Source of the DNA: Candidatus Caldarchaeales archaeon
GTDB lineage: Archaea; Thermoproteota; Nitrososphaeria_A; Caldarchaeales; Calditenuaceae
Length of the DNA: 64,000 nt
Assembly: GCA_039630085.1 (NCBI GenBank)
Contig: JBCNVM010000002.1
Span: forward strand, 1 to 64,000
Reading direction: 5' to 3'
Made by a program: the position numbers and the translations under genes. Each line of letters starts with the position of its first letter. Position 1 is the first letter of the stretch. The notes beneath the pieces are model-generated. The model had not been told where the DNA came from. It ran no database searches and worked only from the letters and a program-made list of their open reading frames with translations. Of the stretch, positions 9,528-18,783 are shown piece by piece.

Positions 9528-10361
9528 TTGCTGTCGGTGCTGCTGCTCCCGCTGGTCCTCACGGCCGTCCTCTGGCCCGCGCTCTACCTCTTCACACCTC
9601 CTCCCGAGCCGCCGATCCCCGCGGTCCCTCCCTTCGTCACGGTCGCGGAACCGGAGGTGATGCCGGAGGCCTCTGCGGCCCCGTACGTCAACGCGCTCGT
9701 CCTGATGGTCTTCATCGCCGCACTGGGGACGCTCCTCGTGGTGTTGCTCCTCAGGTTCCCTAGGGCCGCAGGGATTCTGGCAACGGTCGCGTACTTCCTC
9801 GTGACATCGCTCTCCGCCCTTTACCTCGTCGCGGCGTCCGGGCTTCTAGGCCTGGTGCCCGACTCGGCTGCCCTCGCGGCGATATTCGGGGTCTCGGCGG
9901 CGGCGACATACGCGGTGAAGAGGACGACCGGGCTCTTCGCGGCGCTCTCCGCATCCCTGACGGGGGCCCTCGGCGGCATCGTCGTAGGGTCGGTCCTGCC
10001 CCCGGTGACCTCGATCGTCCTCCTGGGGTCCTTCGCGGCATTCGACGCCCTGATGGTCTGGAGGGGGTACCTCTCCGCGCTGAGGAGGCCCGATGTCGGC
10101 GAGAGGGTCAGGAGGCTGAAGGGGATGGTCGTGGAGCTCGACGGCGCTACGGTCGGGCTGGGCGACCTGCTCTTCTACTCGATCGCGGTCTCGGTCGCCT
10201 TCAGGCACTTGGGACCTCTGGCCGCCGCGGCGGTGAACGTCGCCGTGGTCGCGGGATACTACCTGACGATCGCGATGCTGAGGAGGTGGGAGCAGGTCCC
10301 CGGACTGACGGTCCCGTTGGGGCTGGCCTCGGTCATCCTGCTCGCGATATGGTTCTCGTGA
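9528..10361 (+). CDS. Presenilin/SPP-family GxGD intramembrane aspartyl protease
   Basis: About 9 TM segments. First Asp in AAFDAL, VGLGDLLFY (GxGD), and PAL-like VPGL near the C-terminus. Confidence 0.8.
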   Translation: MLSVLLLPLVLTAVLWPALYLFTPPPEPPIPAVPPFVTVAEPEVMPEASAAPYVNALVLMVFIAALGTLLVVLLLRFPRAAGILATVAYFLVTSLSALYLVAASGLLGLVPDSAALAAIFGVSAAATYAVKRTTGLFAALSASLTGALGGIVVGSVLPPVTSIVLLGSFAAFDALMVWRGYLSALRRPDVGERVRRLKGMVVELDGATVGLGDLLFYSIAVSVAFRHLGPLAAAAVNVAVVAGYYLTIAMLRRWEQVPGLTVPLGLASVILLAIWFS

Positions 10362-11547
10362 CCTCTTCGAGGTACCTCTCCCGGTCCCCGCCCGCGACGT
10401 TTCTGAGGGCGCGCCTCGAGGCGTAGATCGCAGCTCCGACCGCGCAGTGGAGTTCGGGGCATGAACCCGCCAGGACGGCCGCGAGCCCGACCATGACGCC
10501 CGCCGTGAAGTCGTCGAGGTGCTCGGGTTCGATCCAGTTCGCCTTCAAGCGCCCTGCCGAGCAGAAAGCGTCCGGGCCCCCCAACCTCCAGACAGCCCTC
10601 CCCAGCTCCTTCGACCTCCTCGCGACCTCCAGCGACTCCTCGAGCTGCTCGCCTTCCCGTCTCGACCTCTCGAGGAGAACGTCACGTTCCCGAGCCGTTT
10701 CGCCGAACGCGAAGCCGATCCCCTCGGCCTCGACCCTGAAGGATCCCGACTCGACCACGTCTACCCTCGCGCCGAGTAAGGACGCGACGGCGCTCGCGCC
10801 CTCGGAGAGGTCGTCTCCTGGTCCGTAGACCCTCACCTGGATCCCCCTTGTGAAGGCCCTCGCCGCGACAGCGACGTCGCCGGGGCCCGCGATCACCTCG
10901 GCCTCCGGGGGCGCGCCTATCGGCCTGACCGCGATCGTCCCGGCCCTCACCCTGCCGGCGAAAGGCTTGAGGCCGTGAAGGCAGACCGTGTGGTCGGCCC
11001 TGACGAAGAGCTCGCCCTCCGCGGTGTCCGGGTTCAGGCCCGAGGGGACGTCGATGGAGTAGACCCGCGCCCTAGAGGAGTTCACGGCCTTGATCGCGCT
11101 CCTGTAGGGCTCCCTGATCCCGCCCTTCACGCCCGTGCCGAAGAGCCCGTCTATCACGATGTCGGCGGCCTCGATCTCCTTCCTCGCGTCCTCGCCCAGC
11201 GACTCGCTGGCTACGACGATCACCCTCGCGGTCAACCTCATCGCCGTCAGGGGCCTGAAGGAGTTCCTCGCCTCCTCGGTCCTGGGGACGCCCTCCCTCG
11301 AGACCAACACGACCGTCAGCGACCCGCAGAGCCCGGCCAGGTGACGCGCCGCGACGAAGGCGTCGCCGCCGTTGTTCCCGGGCCCGGCCAGCACGACAAC
11401 CCTCTTCCCCCTCAGGCTCCCTTCATGCTCGAGGACGTACTCCGCGACCGCCCTCCCCGCGTTCTCCATCAGCGTCCTCCTCGAGACCCCGAGGTACTCC
11501 GAGTTCAGGTCCACGACCTCGATGTCCGCGGAACTGTAGGCCCTCAA
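10333..11547 (-). CDS. nnrE: NAD(P)H-hydrate epimerase (YjeF-N) with a divergent C-terminal domain
   Basis: LMENAGRAVA, GPGNNGGDAFVAARHL, IDGLFGTG, SIDVPSG. The TTG start overlaps the upstream stop (TTGA). Confidence 0.85.
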   Translation of the reverse strand: MRAYSSADIEVVDLNSEYLGVSRRTLMENAGRAVAEYVLEHEGSLRGKRVVVLAGPGNNGGDAFVAARHLAGLCGSLTVVLVSREGVPRTEEARNSFRPLTAMRLTARVIVVASESLGEDARKEIEAADIVIDGLFGTGVKGGIREPYRSAIKAVNSSRARVYSIDVPSGLNPDTAEGELFVRADHTVCLHGLKPFAGRVRAGTIAVRPIGAPPEAEVIAGPGDVAVAARAFTRGIQVRVYGPGDDLSEGASAVASLLGARVDVVESGSFRVEAEGIGFAFGETARERDVLLERSRREGEQLEESLEVARRSKELGRAVWRLGGPDAFCSAGRLKANWIEPEHLDDFTAGVMVGLAAVLAGSCPELHCAVGAAIYASRRALRNVAGGDRERYLEEVTRTISRAG

Positions 11548-12197
11548 GCCCCGGGGGATCCTGCCTGACCCGGGTTTAACTGTCGCCTCCTCGTCCCGAG
11601 GACCTCGTCCAAGTTCCTCAGGACCTCCCTCAGACCGCCGGCCCTGTAGTGGCCGACGAAGGCCTCCCAGTCGACCCTGAGGATGACGAACGTTATGACC
11701 GCGAGGGCCGCTATCGCGACGACGAAGCCTGCAGTGTTCCCGAGCGTCGACTCGAAGACCGTCATGTAGATGCCGCCTGCGTACGCGACGAACGTGGCCA
11801 GCACGACCTTCCCCGCCGCGTTGGCGATCATGAACCTCCAGAGCTTCATCCTCATCAGCCCCGCGGGGATGTAATAGACGTCGTCTGGGAGCGGGGTGAG
11901 GGCGAAGAGGAAGACCGCGAGGTCTCCGTACCTCCCGATGAACTCCCTCAGCGACTCCATCTGCCTCTTCCTCTCTGCTCCGAGGAACCTGTAGCCGAGC
12001 CTGCCGAGCGCGTACGAGGTGAGCTTCCCTATCGCGCCCCCGATGCCCGAGGAGACGCCGAGCATTACAGGGTCCAGCGTCCTGCTGAGCAGCACCACGA
12101 CGAAGAGGTACGGAAGAGGCAGGAACGGGACGAGGCTCCCGAGGAGGGATATCCCGAAGACGCCGAGGTACCCGTAGCTCTCCGCGACCCTCCGCAT
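11544..12197 (-). CDS. DedA/VTT (SNARE-associated) family membrane protein
   Basis: SLVPFLPLPY, GGAIGKLTSYALGR, FLFALTPLPDD...AG.MR..F...GK pattern. Confidence 0.85.
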   Translation of the reverse strand: MRRVAESYGYLGVFGISLLGSLVPFLPLPYLFVVVLLSRTLDPVMLGVSSGIGGAIGKLTSYALGRLGYRFLGAERKRQMESLREFIGRYGDLAVFLFALTPLPDDVYYIPAGLMRMKLWRFMIANAAGKVVLATFVAYAGGIYMTVFESTLGNTAGFVVAIAALAVITFVILRVDWEAFVGHYRAGGLREVLRNLDEVLGTRRRQLNPGQAGSPGA

Positions 12198-12255
12198 CAG
12201 CTCGACTACGTCCAGCCCCTCTCACCGACCCCGTCCTTCCGCCCTCGAGCGACCC

Positions 12256-13611
12256 TCAAGCCCTCACCGACCTGACGGCCTCCTCGATCACCGACCTCGC
12301 CAGCTGGAGGTAGGACCTCAGGGCCTCCTCGCTCCTCGCCTCCGCGACGTACTTGATCTGCGGCATCGTGTTCGAGGGCCTGATAAGGACCCAGCCCTCG
12401 GGGAGGTGGGCCTTCACGCCGTCGATCGTCAGGACCCTCGCGTGCTCCCTCGTCATCCTGCGGGAGATCAGCTCCATCGCCCTCCACTTCACATCGTCGG
12501 TCCCGACGTCCACCGTGTAGATCGTCGAGGCGTAGACCTTCGGGAGTCCGTCGACGAACTCGGAGAGCCTCGATCCGGACCTCGAGAGGGCCTCCGCGAC
12601 CCTCGCGACCGCGAATATCCCGTCGTCGAACCCGTAGAGCTCGGAGAAGTAGACGTGGTTGCTCTTCTCGGCGCCGATCACCGCCCCCACCTCCCTCACC
12701 TTCCTCAGCATGAAGGCCCTCCCGACCCTGCAGAGGACAGGCTCGCACCCCTTCCTCCTGATCACCTCCTCGACAACGGAGCTGGAGCTGACGTCGTAAA
12801 CGACCTTCCCGGTGACCTCCATGTTCTGGACTAGGAAGGCCAGCGTGACGTCTCCCTCGAGGAGCCTGCCCCTGTCGTCGACGAAGACGGCCCTGTCGGC
12901 GTCGCCGTCGAGCCCAGCTCCGGCTTCCGCTCCGTGCTCGACCACCGCCTCCATCAGGCCCCTCATCGTCTCGGGCGTCGGCTCGGGCAGGTGGGCCGGG
13001 AAGGTCCCGTCGGGCCTCTCGTTCATCGGGACCAGGTCGATCCCCACATCCTCGAAGAGCCTCCTGCCGACGACGCAGCCCGCGCCGTTCGAGAAGTCGA
13101 CGACCATCCTCACCCTTCTCCTCAGGTTCACCAGCGGCCTGACCCTCTCGAGGTACGCGGACACGGCGTCGAAGGGTCTCAGGGCCGGATCACGCCTCGG
13201 TGGGTCCGACTCGCCGATCGAGAGCGCGATCTCCTTCAGCCTCTCCATCCCGTGGCCCTCGGAGACGGTCTCCCCGTTGCCGAGGACGAACTTGAAGCCG
13301 TTCCACTCGGGAGGGTTGTGGGACGCGGTGACCTGTACCCCAGCCTCGAACTTCCCCTCAACGACCCCGACGTAGAGGACCGGAGTCGGGACCTCGCCGG
13401 CGTCGCTGACCTCGGAGCCCTCGTCCTCGAGCCCCAGCGCCACGGCCCTGAGGAGCGATGGGCCGCTGAGCCTCACGTCCCTCCCGACCAGCACCCTCCT
13501 TGCTCCCGTCATCCTCGAGAAGGCCCTCCCGAGGGCGTAGGCGACCCTCTCGTTGACCTGCCGCGGGTAGACTCCCCTGGCATCGTAGGCCCTGAAGATG
13601 GCCGGGTCCAC
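12256..13611 (-). CDS. Phosphomannomutase/phosphoglucomutase
   Basis: IFRAYDARG, VTASHNPPEWNGFK phospho-Ser, DGDADR metal loop, AEKSNH. Confidence 0.93.
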   Translation of the reverse strand: MDPAIFRAYDARGVYPRQVNERVAYALGRAFSRMTGARRVLVGRDVRLSGPSLLRAVALGLEDEGSEVSDAGEVPTPVLYVGVVEGKFEAGVQVTASHNPPEWNGFKFVLGNGETVSEGHGMERLKEIALSIGESDPPRRDPALRPFDAVSAYLERVRPLVNLRRRVRMVVDFSNGAGCVVGRRLFEDVGIDLVPMNERPDGTFPAHLPEPTPETMRGLMEAVVEHGAEAGAGLDGDADRAVFVDDRGRLLEGDVTLAFLVQNMEVTGKVVYDVSSSSVVEEVIRRKGCEPVLCRVGRAFMLRKVREVGAVIGAEKSNHVYFSELYGFDDGIFAVARVAEALSRSGSRLSEFVDGLPKVYASTIYTVDVGTDDVKWRAMELISRRMTREHARVLTIDGVKAHLPEGWVLIRPSNTMPQIKYVAEARSEEALRSYLQLARSVIEEAVRSVRA

Positions 13612-13641
13612 GGAGCTCCTCGCCGCAGCCTAGATATATCG

Positions 13642-14289
13642 CTAAATCCCCTCGATCCTCACCCATGCCCTGTCGCTGCCGTAGGTCCTGTTGATGTCGA
13701 TCAGGAGCTGCGTCAGCCTCTCCGTGACCCTCGAGTTCAGGAGCGGGCCCCCGTAGACCGGCCTTATCCCCCTGACGCCCCTGAGCAGTACCATCAACTC
13801 CTCGGCGGGCCTGCGTTCGCCGCAGACGATCACGTCCAGCTCCTGGTTCAAGTCCCCGACCGCCGCAGCGGGGACGCAGTTGAACGCCGAGACCACAGGC
13901 ACCTTCCTCAGGAGCTGCTGGAGCGCCTCCGCCGCGGATCCGGCCGTCGGCTCGAGGTACCTGGGCGAGCCCCCCAGGTCGGACTCGAGGGGGACAACCG
14001 CGGAGACCGCGACCGACGACTCTGAGATCCTGTCCCTCACCAACTTGGCGGTCTCGTAGAGGCCGTTGTAGGGGACCGCGAAGAAGACGAACCTCGCGCC
14101 CTGAACCGCATCAGGGTTGGAAGCGCCGTAGACCTTGGACCCCGGGACCGACGAGGCGACCTCCGAGGCCGCAGTCCCGGCCCTCTCCTTTGCCCTCGAG
14201 CCTATCACGACCTCGAGCCCCGAGGCCGCGAGCCTGACCGCGAGGCTTCTCCCTAGGCCCGCGGTCCCCCCGAGGATCGCGACCCTCAC
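13642..14289 (-). CDS. npdG: F420H2:NADP+ oxidoreductase
   Basis: ILGGTAGLG..LA.RL...V.IGSR, GSAAE, VVSAF, ERLT.LL..INR.Y. Confidence 0.85.
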   Translation of the reverse strand: MRVAILGGTAGLGRSLAVRLAASGLEVVIGSRAKERAGTAASEVASSVPGSKVYGASNPDAVQGARFVFFAVPYNGLYETAKLVRDRISESSVAVSAVVPLESDLGGSPRYLEPTAGSAAEALQQLLRKVPVVSAFNCVPAAAVGDLNQELDVIVCGERRPAEELMVLLRGVRGIRPVYGGPLLNSRVTERLTQLLIDINRTYGSDRAWVRIEGI

Positions 14290-14696
14290 TTCCTCCCACC
14301 GAAGATGAGCTGGGCTGCAAGCATCGCGAAGACCGCGAGGACCGAGCTCGCCGCGGCCATGTGCAGCGCGACCAGCTCCGGCCTGAGGGCGGAGAGGACC
14401 ATCGCGCCCCCGATCGCGATCTGCACGATCAACAGCGTCAGCCCGGTCAGGGCGAGCTTCCTGGCGAGCCCTCCCATCCTCACCGCGGGCACCAGGACCG
14501 CGACCACGGCCGCGAGCACGACCAGCGCGAAGAGCCTGTGGGCGAACTCGAGGACCACCAACTCGTCCATCACGAGCGGGCAGAGCGGCCAGTCAGGACA
14601 GGCGAGCCCAGCGCCCCTCGCCGAGACGTAGCTTCCGATGCTGTTCATCGCGACGATCGAGGCCACAGGCGCCAACGACCTCGCGAGGCCGACCAA
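14286..14696 (-). CDS. ctaA: Compact (half-size) heme A synthase, COX15/CtaA family
   Basis: GLACPDWPLC, EFAHR, QIAIGG and a later His (ALHM) in only four TM helices. Confidence 0.8.
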   Translation of the reverse strand: MVGLARSLAPVASIVAMNSIGSYVSARGAGLACPDWPLCPLVMDELVVLEFAHRLFALVVLAAVVAVLVPAVRMGGLARKLALTGLTLLIVQIAIGGAMVLSALRPELVALHMAAASSVLAVFAMLAAQLIFGGRK

Positions 14697-14810
14697 CTCG
14701 CGGTCCGGCCCGTTGGTCTCCTCAAAACCCTATCACGCTGCCTCCGTGTCGGAGGATCGGCCCTCTCGGGCCGGGAGAGGCTAAATAGCGACCCGCGGAA
14801 TCGATCGTCA

Positions 14811-14906
14811 GGGCCCGTAGCTCAGCCTGGCGGAGCGGCCGGCTCATAACCGGTTGGCGGGATGTTCGCCCGGGAGAGGTCGTGGGTTCGAATCCCACCG
14901 GGCCCA
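14811..14906 (+). tRNA. tRNA with CAU anticodon (most like archaeal tRNA-Ile2) carrying a 22-nt intron at 43/44 (14855-14876)
   Basis: Acceptor GGGCCCG/CGGGCCC-A, D arm GCTC..GAGC, anticodon arm GCCGG-CTCATAA-CCGGT, T arm GTGGG-TTCGAAT-CCCAC. Removing the insert restores the AGGTC variable loop and a 74-nt body. Upstream CTAAATA and downstream T6. Confidence 0.9.
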
Positions 14907-14912
14907 TTTTTT
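14907..14912 (+). terminator. Oligo-T terminator of the tRNA gene
   Basis: TTTTTT directly after the discriminator base. Confidence 0.6.
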
Positions 14913-14969
14913 GGTCGTCCCGCTGATGGCGGGCTCGAGGCTAAATCGTCGAAGGGCAGTGGGGGGCCG

Positions 14970-15581
14970 ATGAGGCTGATCGACTTAGCGATTCAGTCCC
15001 TGACTGGGAAGCTGAAGGAGATGTACCCGCTCGCGGAGAGGGCGTACACTCTCGCGGTGGAGGCCTTCAGGACCCAGAGGGACCTCACGTCGGAGGCCTA
15101 CAGGCTCGCCGAGATGCTCAGGCTCCACCACCACGACGTCTCCTACCTGATGACCGAGATCATCGCGAGGTTCCAGCCCGTCGCGTCGGACCTGAGGTAC
15201 ATCAAGGCGTGCGGAGAGGTCTCCTACGGCTTCTACAGGTACGGCAGGTACGCGTACGACATCACGTCGGTCATAGGGGTCTTCGGGAGCGTCCCCGGCT
15301 GCGACTGGAGCCCGATAGACCAAGCCGGGAGCAAGGTGAGGGAGATGATGAGGCTCGGGATGGAGGCCTTCGAGAAGAGGGACGTCGCGCTCGCCAAGAG
15401 GGTGATCGAGATGGACGACGAGGTCGACGAGATCTACAGGTCCTACCTGAGGCAGGTGATCAGCTCGGAGGGCGATAGGAGGTGCGACATAGCGAGGCTC
15501 CTGATCCTCCGGTACCTAGAGAGGATCGGCGACCACGCGACCGCGATCGCCGAGTCTGTGCTCTACGTGGTCCAGGGTTAA
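14970..15581 (+). CDS. phoU: Phosphate uptake regulator PhoU
   Basis: IARFQPVASDLR, EMDDEVDEIY, RYLERIGDHATAIAE. Confidence 0.9.
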   Translation: MRLIDLAIQSLTGKLKEMYPLAERAYTLAVEAFRTQRDLTSEAYRLAEMLRLHHHDVSYLMTEIIARFQPVASDLRYIKACGEVSYGFYRYGRYAYDITSVIGVFGSVPGCDWSPIDQAGSKVREMMRLGMEAFEKRDVALAKRVIEMDDEVDEIYRSYLRQVISSEGDRRCDIARLLILRYLERIGDHATAIAESVLYVVQG

Positions 15582-15633
15582 TCCGGTCCGAATGCCGCGG
15601 CACACTTTTTACCCGAGGCCGACGCCTAGGGGC

Positions 15634-16248
15634 ATGCCGAGGCTTTCAGCGGTGCTGGCGGTCTCCCTAGTCCTCCTCGGGATGGTCGTCGGCGCAGCCA
15701 TAGCCGGTTCTGGCCGCCAGACCGTTACGCTCACGGAGACTAGGCAAGTTCTTACCACGCTCACGGTAACGAGGCCTGTCACCGCGACCGTCCTCGCGGA
15801 TACGGACGTCTCGGTGAGGGCGGTCTGCTTCTCCAAGACCGCAAACTGCGCCTCCGTCATAATCGATCTGATTAACAGGGCTAACAGGAGCGTCTTAGTC
15901 GCGATCTTCTCGTTCACGAGGGACGACATCGCGGCCGCGCTGATCCGTGCGAAGAACAGGGGCGTGGAGGTGAGGGTGGTGATGGAGCGCGAGAGGGCTA
16001 ACGAGTCGGGCTCCGAGTACAGGAGGCTGAGGGACAACAGGGTCGACGTTAGGCTCGACGGCAACTCCGACCTCATGCACCACAAGTTCATCGTCGTCGA
16101 TGAGCGCCTGGTGATAACGGGGAGCTACAACTTCTCCGTAGCCGCGGAGGACAGGAACGACGAGAACGTCGTCGTGATCCTCAGCGAGCGGGTTGCCGAT
16201 CGGTACAGGTCGGAGTTCGAGCGGGTCTGGTCCCTCGCCTCGCCCTAG
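15634..16248 (+). CDS. Exported/membrane-anchored PLD-family (Nuc-like) nuclease or phospholipase
   Basis: Hydrophobic N-terminus, Thr-rich linker, single HKD motif MHHKFIVVD...ITGSYNFS..A...NDEN. Confidence 0.87.
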   Translation: MPRLSAVLAVSLVLLGMVVGAAIAGSGRQTVTLTETRQVLTTLTVTRPVTATVLADTDVSVRAVCFSKTANCASVIIDLINRANRSVLVAIFSFTRDDIAAALIRAKNRGVEVRVVMERERANESGSEYRRLRDNRVDVRLDGNSDLMHHKFIVVDERLVITGSYNFSVAAEDRNDENVVVILSERVADRYRSEFERVWSLASP

Positions 16249-16652
16249 CGAGGGGCGCCTCCGCGCCTCGCGGCCTCCTGCGCGAGTCTGTTGGCGAGCT
16301 CGTTCTCCTCCCTCCTCACGTGCCGGACCTCGAAGGCCTCGAACATCCCGAGCAGGGCCAAGGCCTCGGAGTGGAGCCTCTTGAGGTTCGGGCTCCTGAC
16401 CCTGTACTCGCCCTTGAGCTGCCTCGCGAGCAGCTCGCTGTCGGTGAGGACTGTGACCCTCCTGCACCCTATCTCCAGGCACCTCCTCAGGCCCCTGATC
16501 AGCGCCTCGTACTCCGCCGCGTTGTTCGTCGCCTTACCCAAGTGCCCGCTCCCGGTCGTCAACCTCCCCATCGCCTCGATCGCGTACCCGTACCCCGCTG
16601 GACCAGGGTTGCCGAGCGAGGACCCGTCGATGAATAACTTACATACGGACAA
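16245..16652 (-). CDS. rnhA: Ribonuclease HI family protein
   Basis: FIDGSSLGNPGPAG, TNNAAEYEALI.GL, TDSELL..Q..G.Y, HVRREEN..AN.LA. Start estimated. Confidence 0.9.
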   Translation of the reverse strand: MSVCKLFIDGSSLGNPGPAGYGYAIEAMGRLTTGSGHLGKATNNAAEYEALIRGLRRCLEIGCRRVTVLTDSELLARQLKGEYRVRSPNLKRLHSEALALLGMFEAFEVRHVRREENELANRLAQEAARRGGAPR

Positions 16653-16716
16653 GTCCCGCAGATGGTGAACGCGCATGCCGTTATCTAACCGTCGCGTCCA
16701 GACGGGGCTGAAGGGA

Positions 16717-18087
16717 ATGAGCCCGGTTTCGGCGGTGCTCAGGGCACTGAAGTCGGTCGATCCCCATTTCGCCGCGATTGCGCTGACCCTCTTCGTCCTG
16801 GTCCTCCACCTCTCGATCATCGCGACGCCCTCCCCCGAGGACCTCGAGGCCTGCAGAGCCGACGCCTCCAAGTGCTCCTTCGTCTTCGACGAGGCCCATT
16901 ACGTCCCGGCCGTGAGGAAGATGCTCGCCGGAGAGGCGGCCAACAACGAGCACCCGCCTCTGACCAAGTTCCTGATGATGCTGGGCGTGATGGCACTTGG
17001 CGACAACCCCGTCGGGTGGAGGATCGCCTCGGTCCTGACCGGGACGGCGAGCGTCTACGTCCTCTTCAGGCTCGCGACGCTCCTTCTGGGCTCTCCCTGG
17101 CTCGGACTGGCCGCGACCGCCCTCTTCGCCTTCGACGTGACCTCCTTCAACCTCGGCGGAATAGGGGTCCTCGACCCGCCAGCGGTCCTCCTCCTGCTGG
17201 CCTCGGCCTACTTCGGCGTGAGGGGGAAGCTGCTGCTCGCGGGGGTCGCGTCGGGGCTCGCGCTGCTCACGAAGGCCTCGGCGGTCTTCGGGGTCCTCGC
17301 GGTCCTGGCCTACCTAGTCGTCCGAGGCTCCTCGGGAAGAGGAGGGCCGCTCGACAGGCTATCGAAGGGCGTCCTGTCAGCTTACGTCGTCTTGGGCATC
17401 TCCGCTGCTGTGATGGTCGCGGGGCTCGCGGCCTACGACTACCGCTACGGGGCGTTTCCCCATCCCTTCGCGCACCTCGACTTCATCCTCTCCTATCACT
17501 CGTCCCTGACGTTCAACTGCGAGGGCGGCCGGACGCCCTTCAGCTGCGTTCACCTGAACGACGACGGGTCGGCGGTTCTGGTGGACCTTCCCCTGAGCTG
17601 GGCCCTCCCGGTGGTGACGTACGCGCCGATGGGCTTCTACGTCATCACGGTCAGCGTCGACGGGTACTCGTACAGCCCAGTGGCCTACTACGGCATAGCC
17701 TCCCCGATCTGGTGGACCACGTGGGTCGTGCTCATCTACTCCGCGTACTTCGGGGTCAGGTCCGCGTGGAGGGCGATCGTCAGGGGCGAGGCCCTCAGGT
17801 TCCCGGGAGATCACCTCTACGTCCTCGTGGCGGTGTGGCTCGCGTTCAACTACCTGGTCTACTTCCCGCTCGGATACGCGATGCACCGCTGGGTCTACCC
17901 CTTCTACTTCTACCAGGTCGTCCCGGTCCTCGCCGTCGGACTGGTCGGCCTGCTCTCCAAGGGGAGTCTCGAGAGGAAGGTCCTCGCGGTCACGCTCGGT
18001 GCGACGCTCTTCTGGTTCTTCGTCTACTACCCGGTCAAGTCGGAGCTTCACGTGACGCTGCTGAAGTCCCTGTTGCTCCCGGCGTGA
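16717..18087 (+). CDS. GT-C glycosyltransferase, PMT/GT39-like
   Basis: FVFDEAHYV (DE motif), NNEHPPLTK, GDNPVGWR, many TM helices. Confidence 0.85.
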   Translation: MSPVSAVLRALKSVDPHFAAIALTLFVLVLHLSIIATPSPEDLEACRADASKCSFVFDEAHYVPAVRKMLAGEAANNEHPPLTKFLMMLGVMALGDNPVGWRIASVLTGTASVYVLFRLATLLLGSPWLGLAATALFAFDVTSFNLGGIGVLDPPAVLLLLASAYFGVRGKLLLAGVASGLALLTKASAVFGVLAVLAYLVVRGSSGRGGPLDRLSKGVLSAYVVLGISAAVMVAGLAAYDYRYGAFPHPFAHLDFILSYHSSLTFNCEGGRTPFSCVHLNDDGSAVLVDLPLSWALPVVTYAPMGFYVITVSVDGYSYSPVAYYGIASPIWWTTWVVLIYSAYFGVRSAWRAIVRGEALRFPGDHLYVLVAVWLAFNYLVYFPLGYAMHRWVYPFYFYQVVPVLAVGLVGLLSKGSLERKVLAVTLGATLFWFFVYYPVKSELHVTLLKSLLLPA

Positions 18088-18099
18088 GGGAACGCTAAA

Positions 18100-18783
18100 A
18101 TGCGGAGCGGGGCGCGCGGTGCTGGAGTGAGGGTCCTACAGCTCAGCGACGTCCACGGCAGCAAAAGAGCGGCCATCGCGGCCAGGGACCTCGTCAGGTC
18201 GCATGGGATCGAGCTGATAGTCCTCGCAGGGGACATCACGACCTTCGGGTCTGTCTCCGAAGCCAAGGGGATACTGGAAGTCCTAGCGTCCTCCGGCGCG
18301 CGGGTCGTCTACGTCCCGGGTAACTGCGACCCTCCCGAGCTGCTGGACCTAGACCTGGGGATCGAGAACGTCTTCGGACTCCACGCGAGGGCGGTCGAGG
18401 TCGGGGGTCTCAGGATAGGAGGGGTGGGAGGGGGGCTCTTCGCGGACGGTGCCACCTGGATCGAGCTGGCCGAGGAGGAGCTCGAGGAGGCGATGATGCC
18501 GCTAGGGAGCGTCGACGTCCTCGTGTCCCACACTCCGCCCCACGGGACCGGTGCGGACCTGCTCAGGGGCGCCCACGTGGGGAGCAGAGCCGTTCGGGAG
18601 TACTGCGAGAGGCACTCGCCGGTCCTCGTGTCCTGCGGCCACATTCACGAGGCCAGGAGCGTTTCGAGGCTGGGGAGGACCTACGTCGTGAACGCGGGGC
18701 CGGCTAAGTCAGGGAACGCGGCCCTGATCGCTTTGGAGAGTCGAAACGTAGAGGTGAAGCTGACCACGCTCTTCGGGAAGTAG
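18100..18783 (+). CDS. Metallophosphoesterase (Icc-like)
   Basis: SDVHG, AGDIT, VPGNCD, SHTPP, CGHIHE. Confidence 0.9.
   Translation: MRSGARGAGVRVLQLSDVHGSKRAAIAARDLVRSHGIELIVLAGDITTFGSVSEAKGILEVLASSGARVVYVPGNCDPPELLDLDLGIENVFGLHARAVEVGGLRIGGVGGGLFADGATWIELAEEELEEAMMPLGSVDVLVSHTPPHGTGADLLRGAHVGSRAVREYCERHSPVLVSCGHIHEARSVSRLGRTYVVNAGPAKSGNAALIALESRNVEVKLTTLFGK

Noticed and set aside
11548-12225. Apparent 630-aa NnrE with a long N-terminal extension
   Set aside because: The extension overlaps the DedA gene in another frame; a TTG start coupled to the DedA stop explains the gene.
14880-14906. tRNA 3' end as an integration site
   Set aside because: I saw no duplicated tRNA end, integrase or compositional island next to it.
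14722-14969. ORF 14722-14907 and the N-terminal extension of phoU
   Set aside because: Both overlap the tRNA gene.
15634-16652. PLD nuclease + RNase H as an anti-phage system
   Set aside because: The genes are convergent, the PLD has an export signal and RNase HI is ordinary housekeeping; no helicase or ATPase partner.
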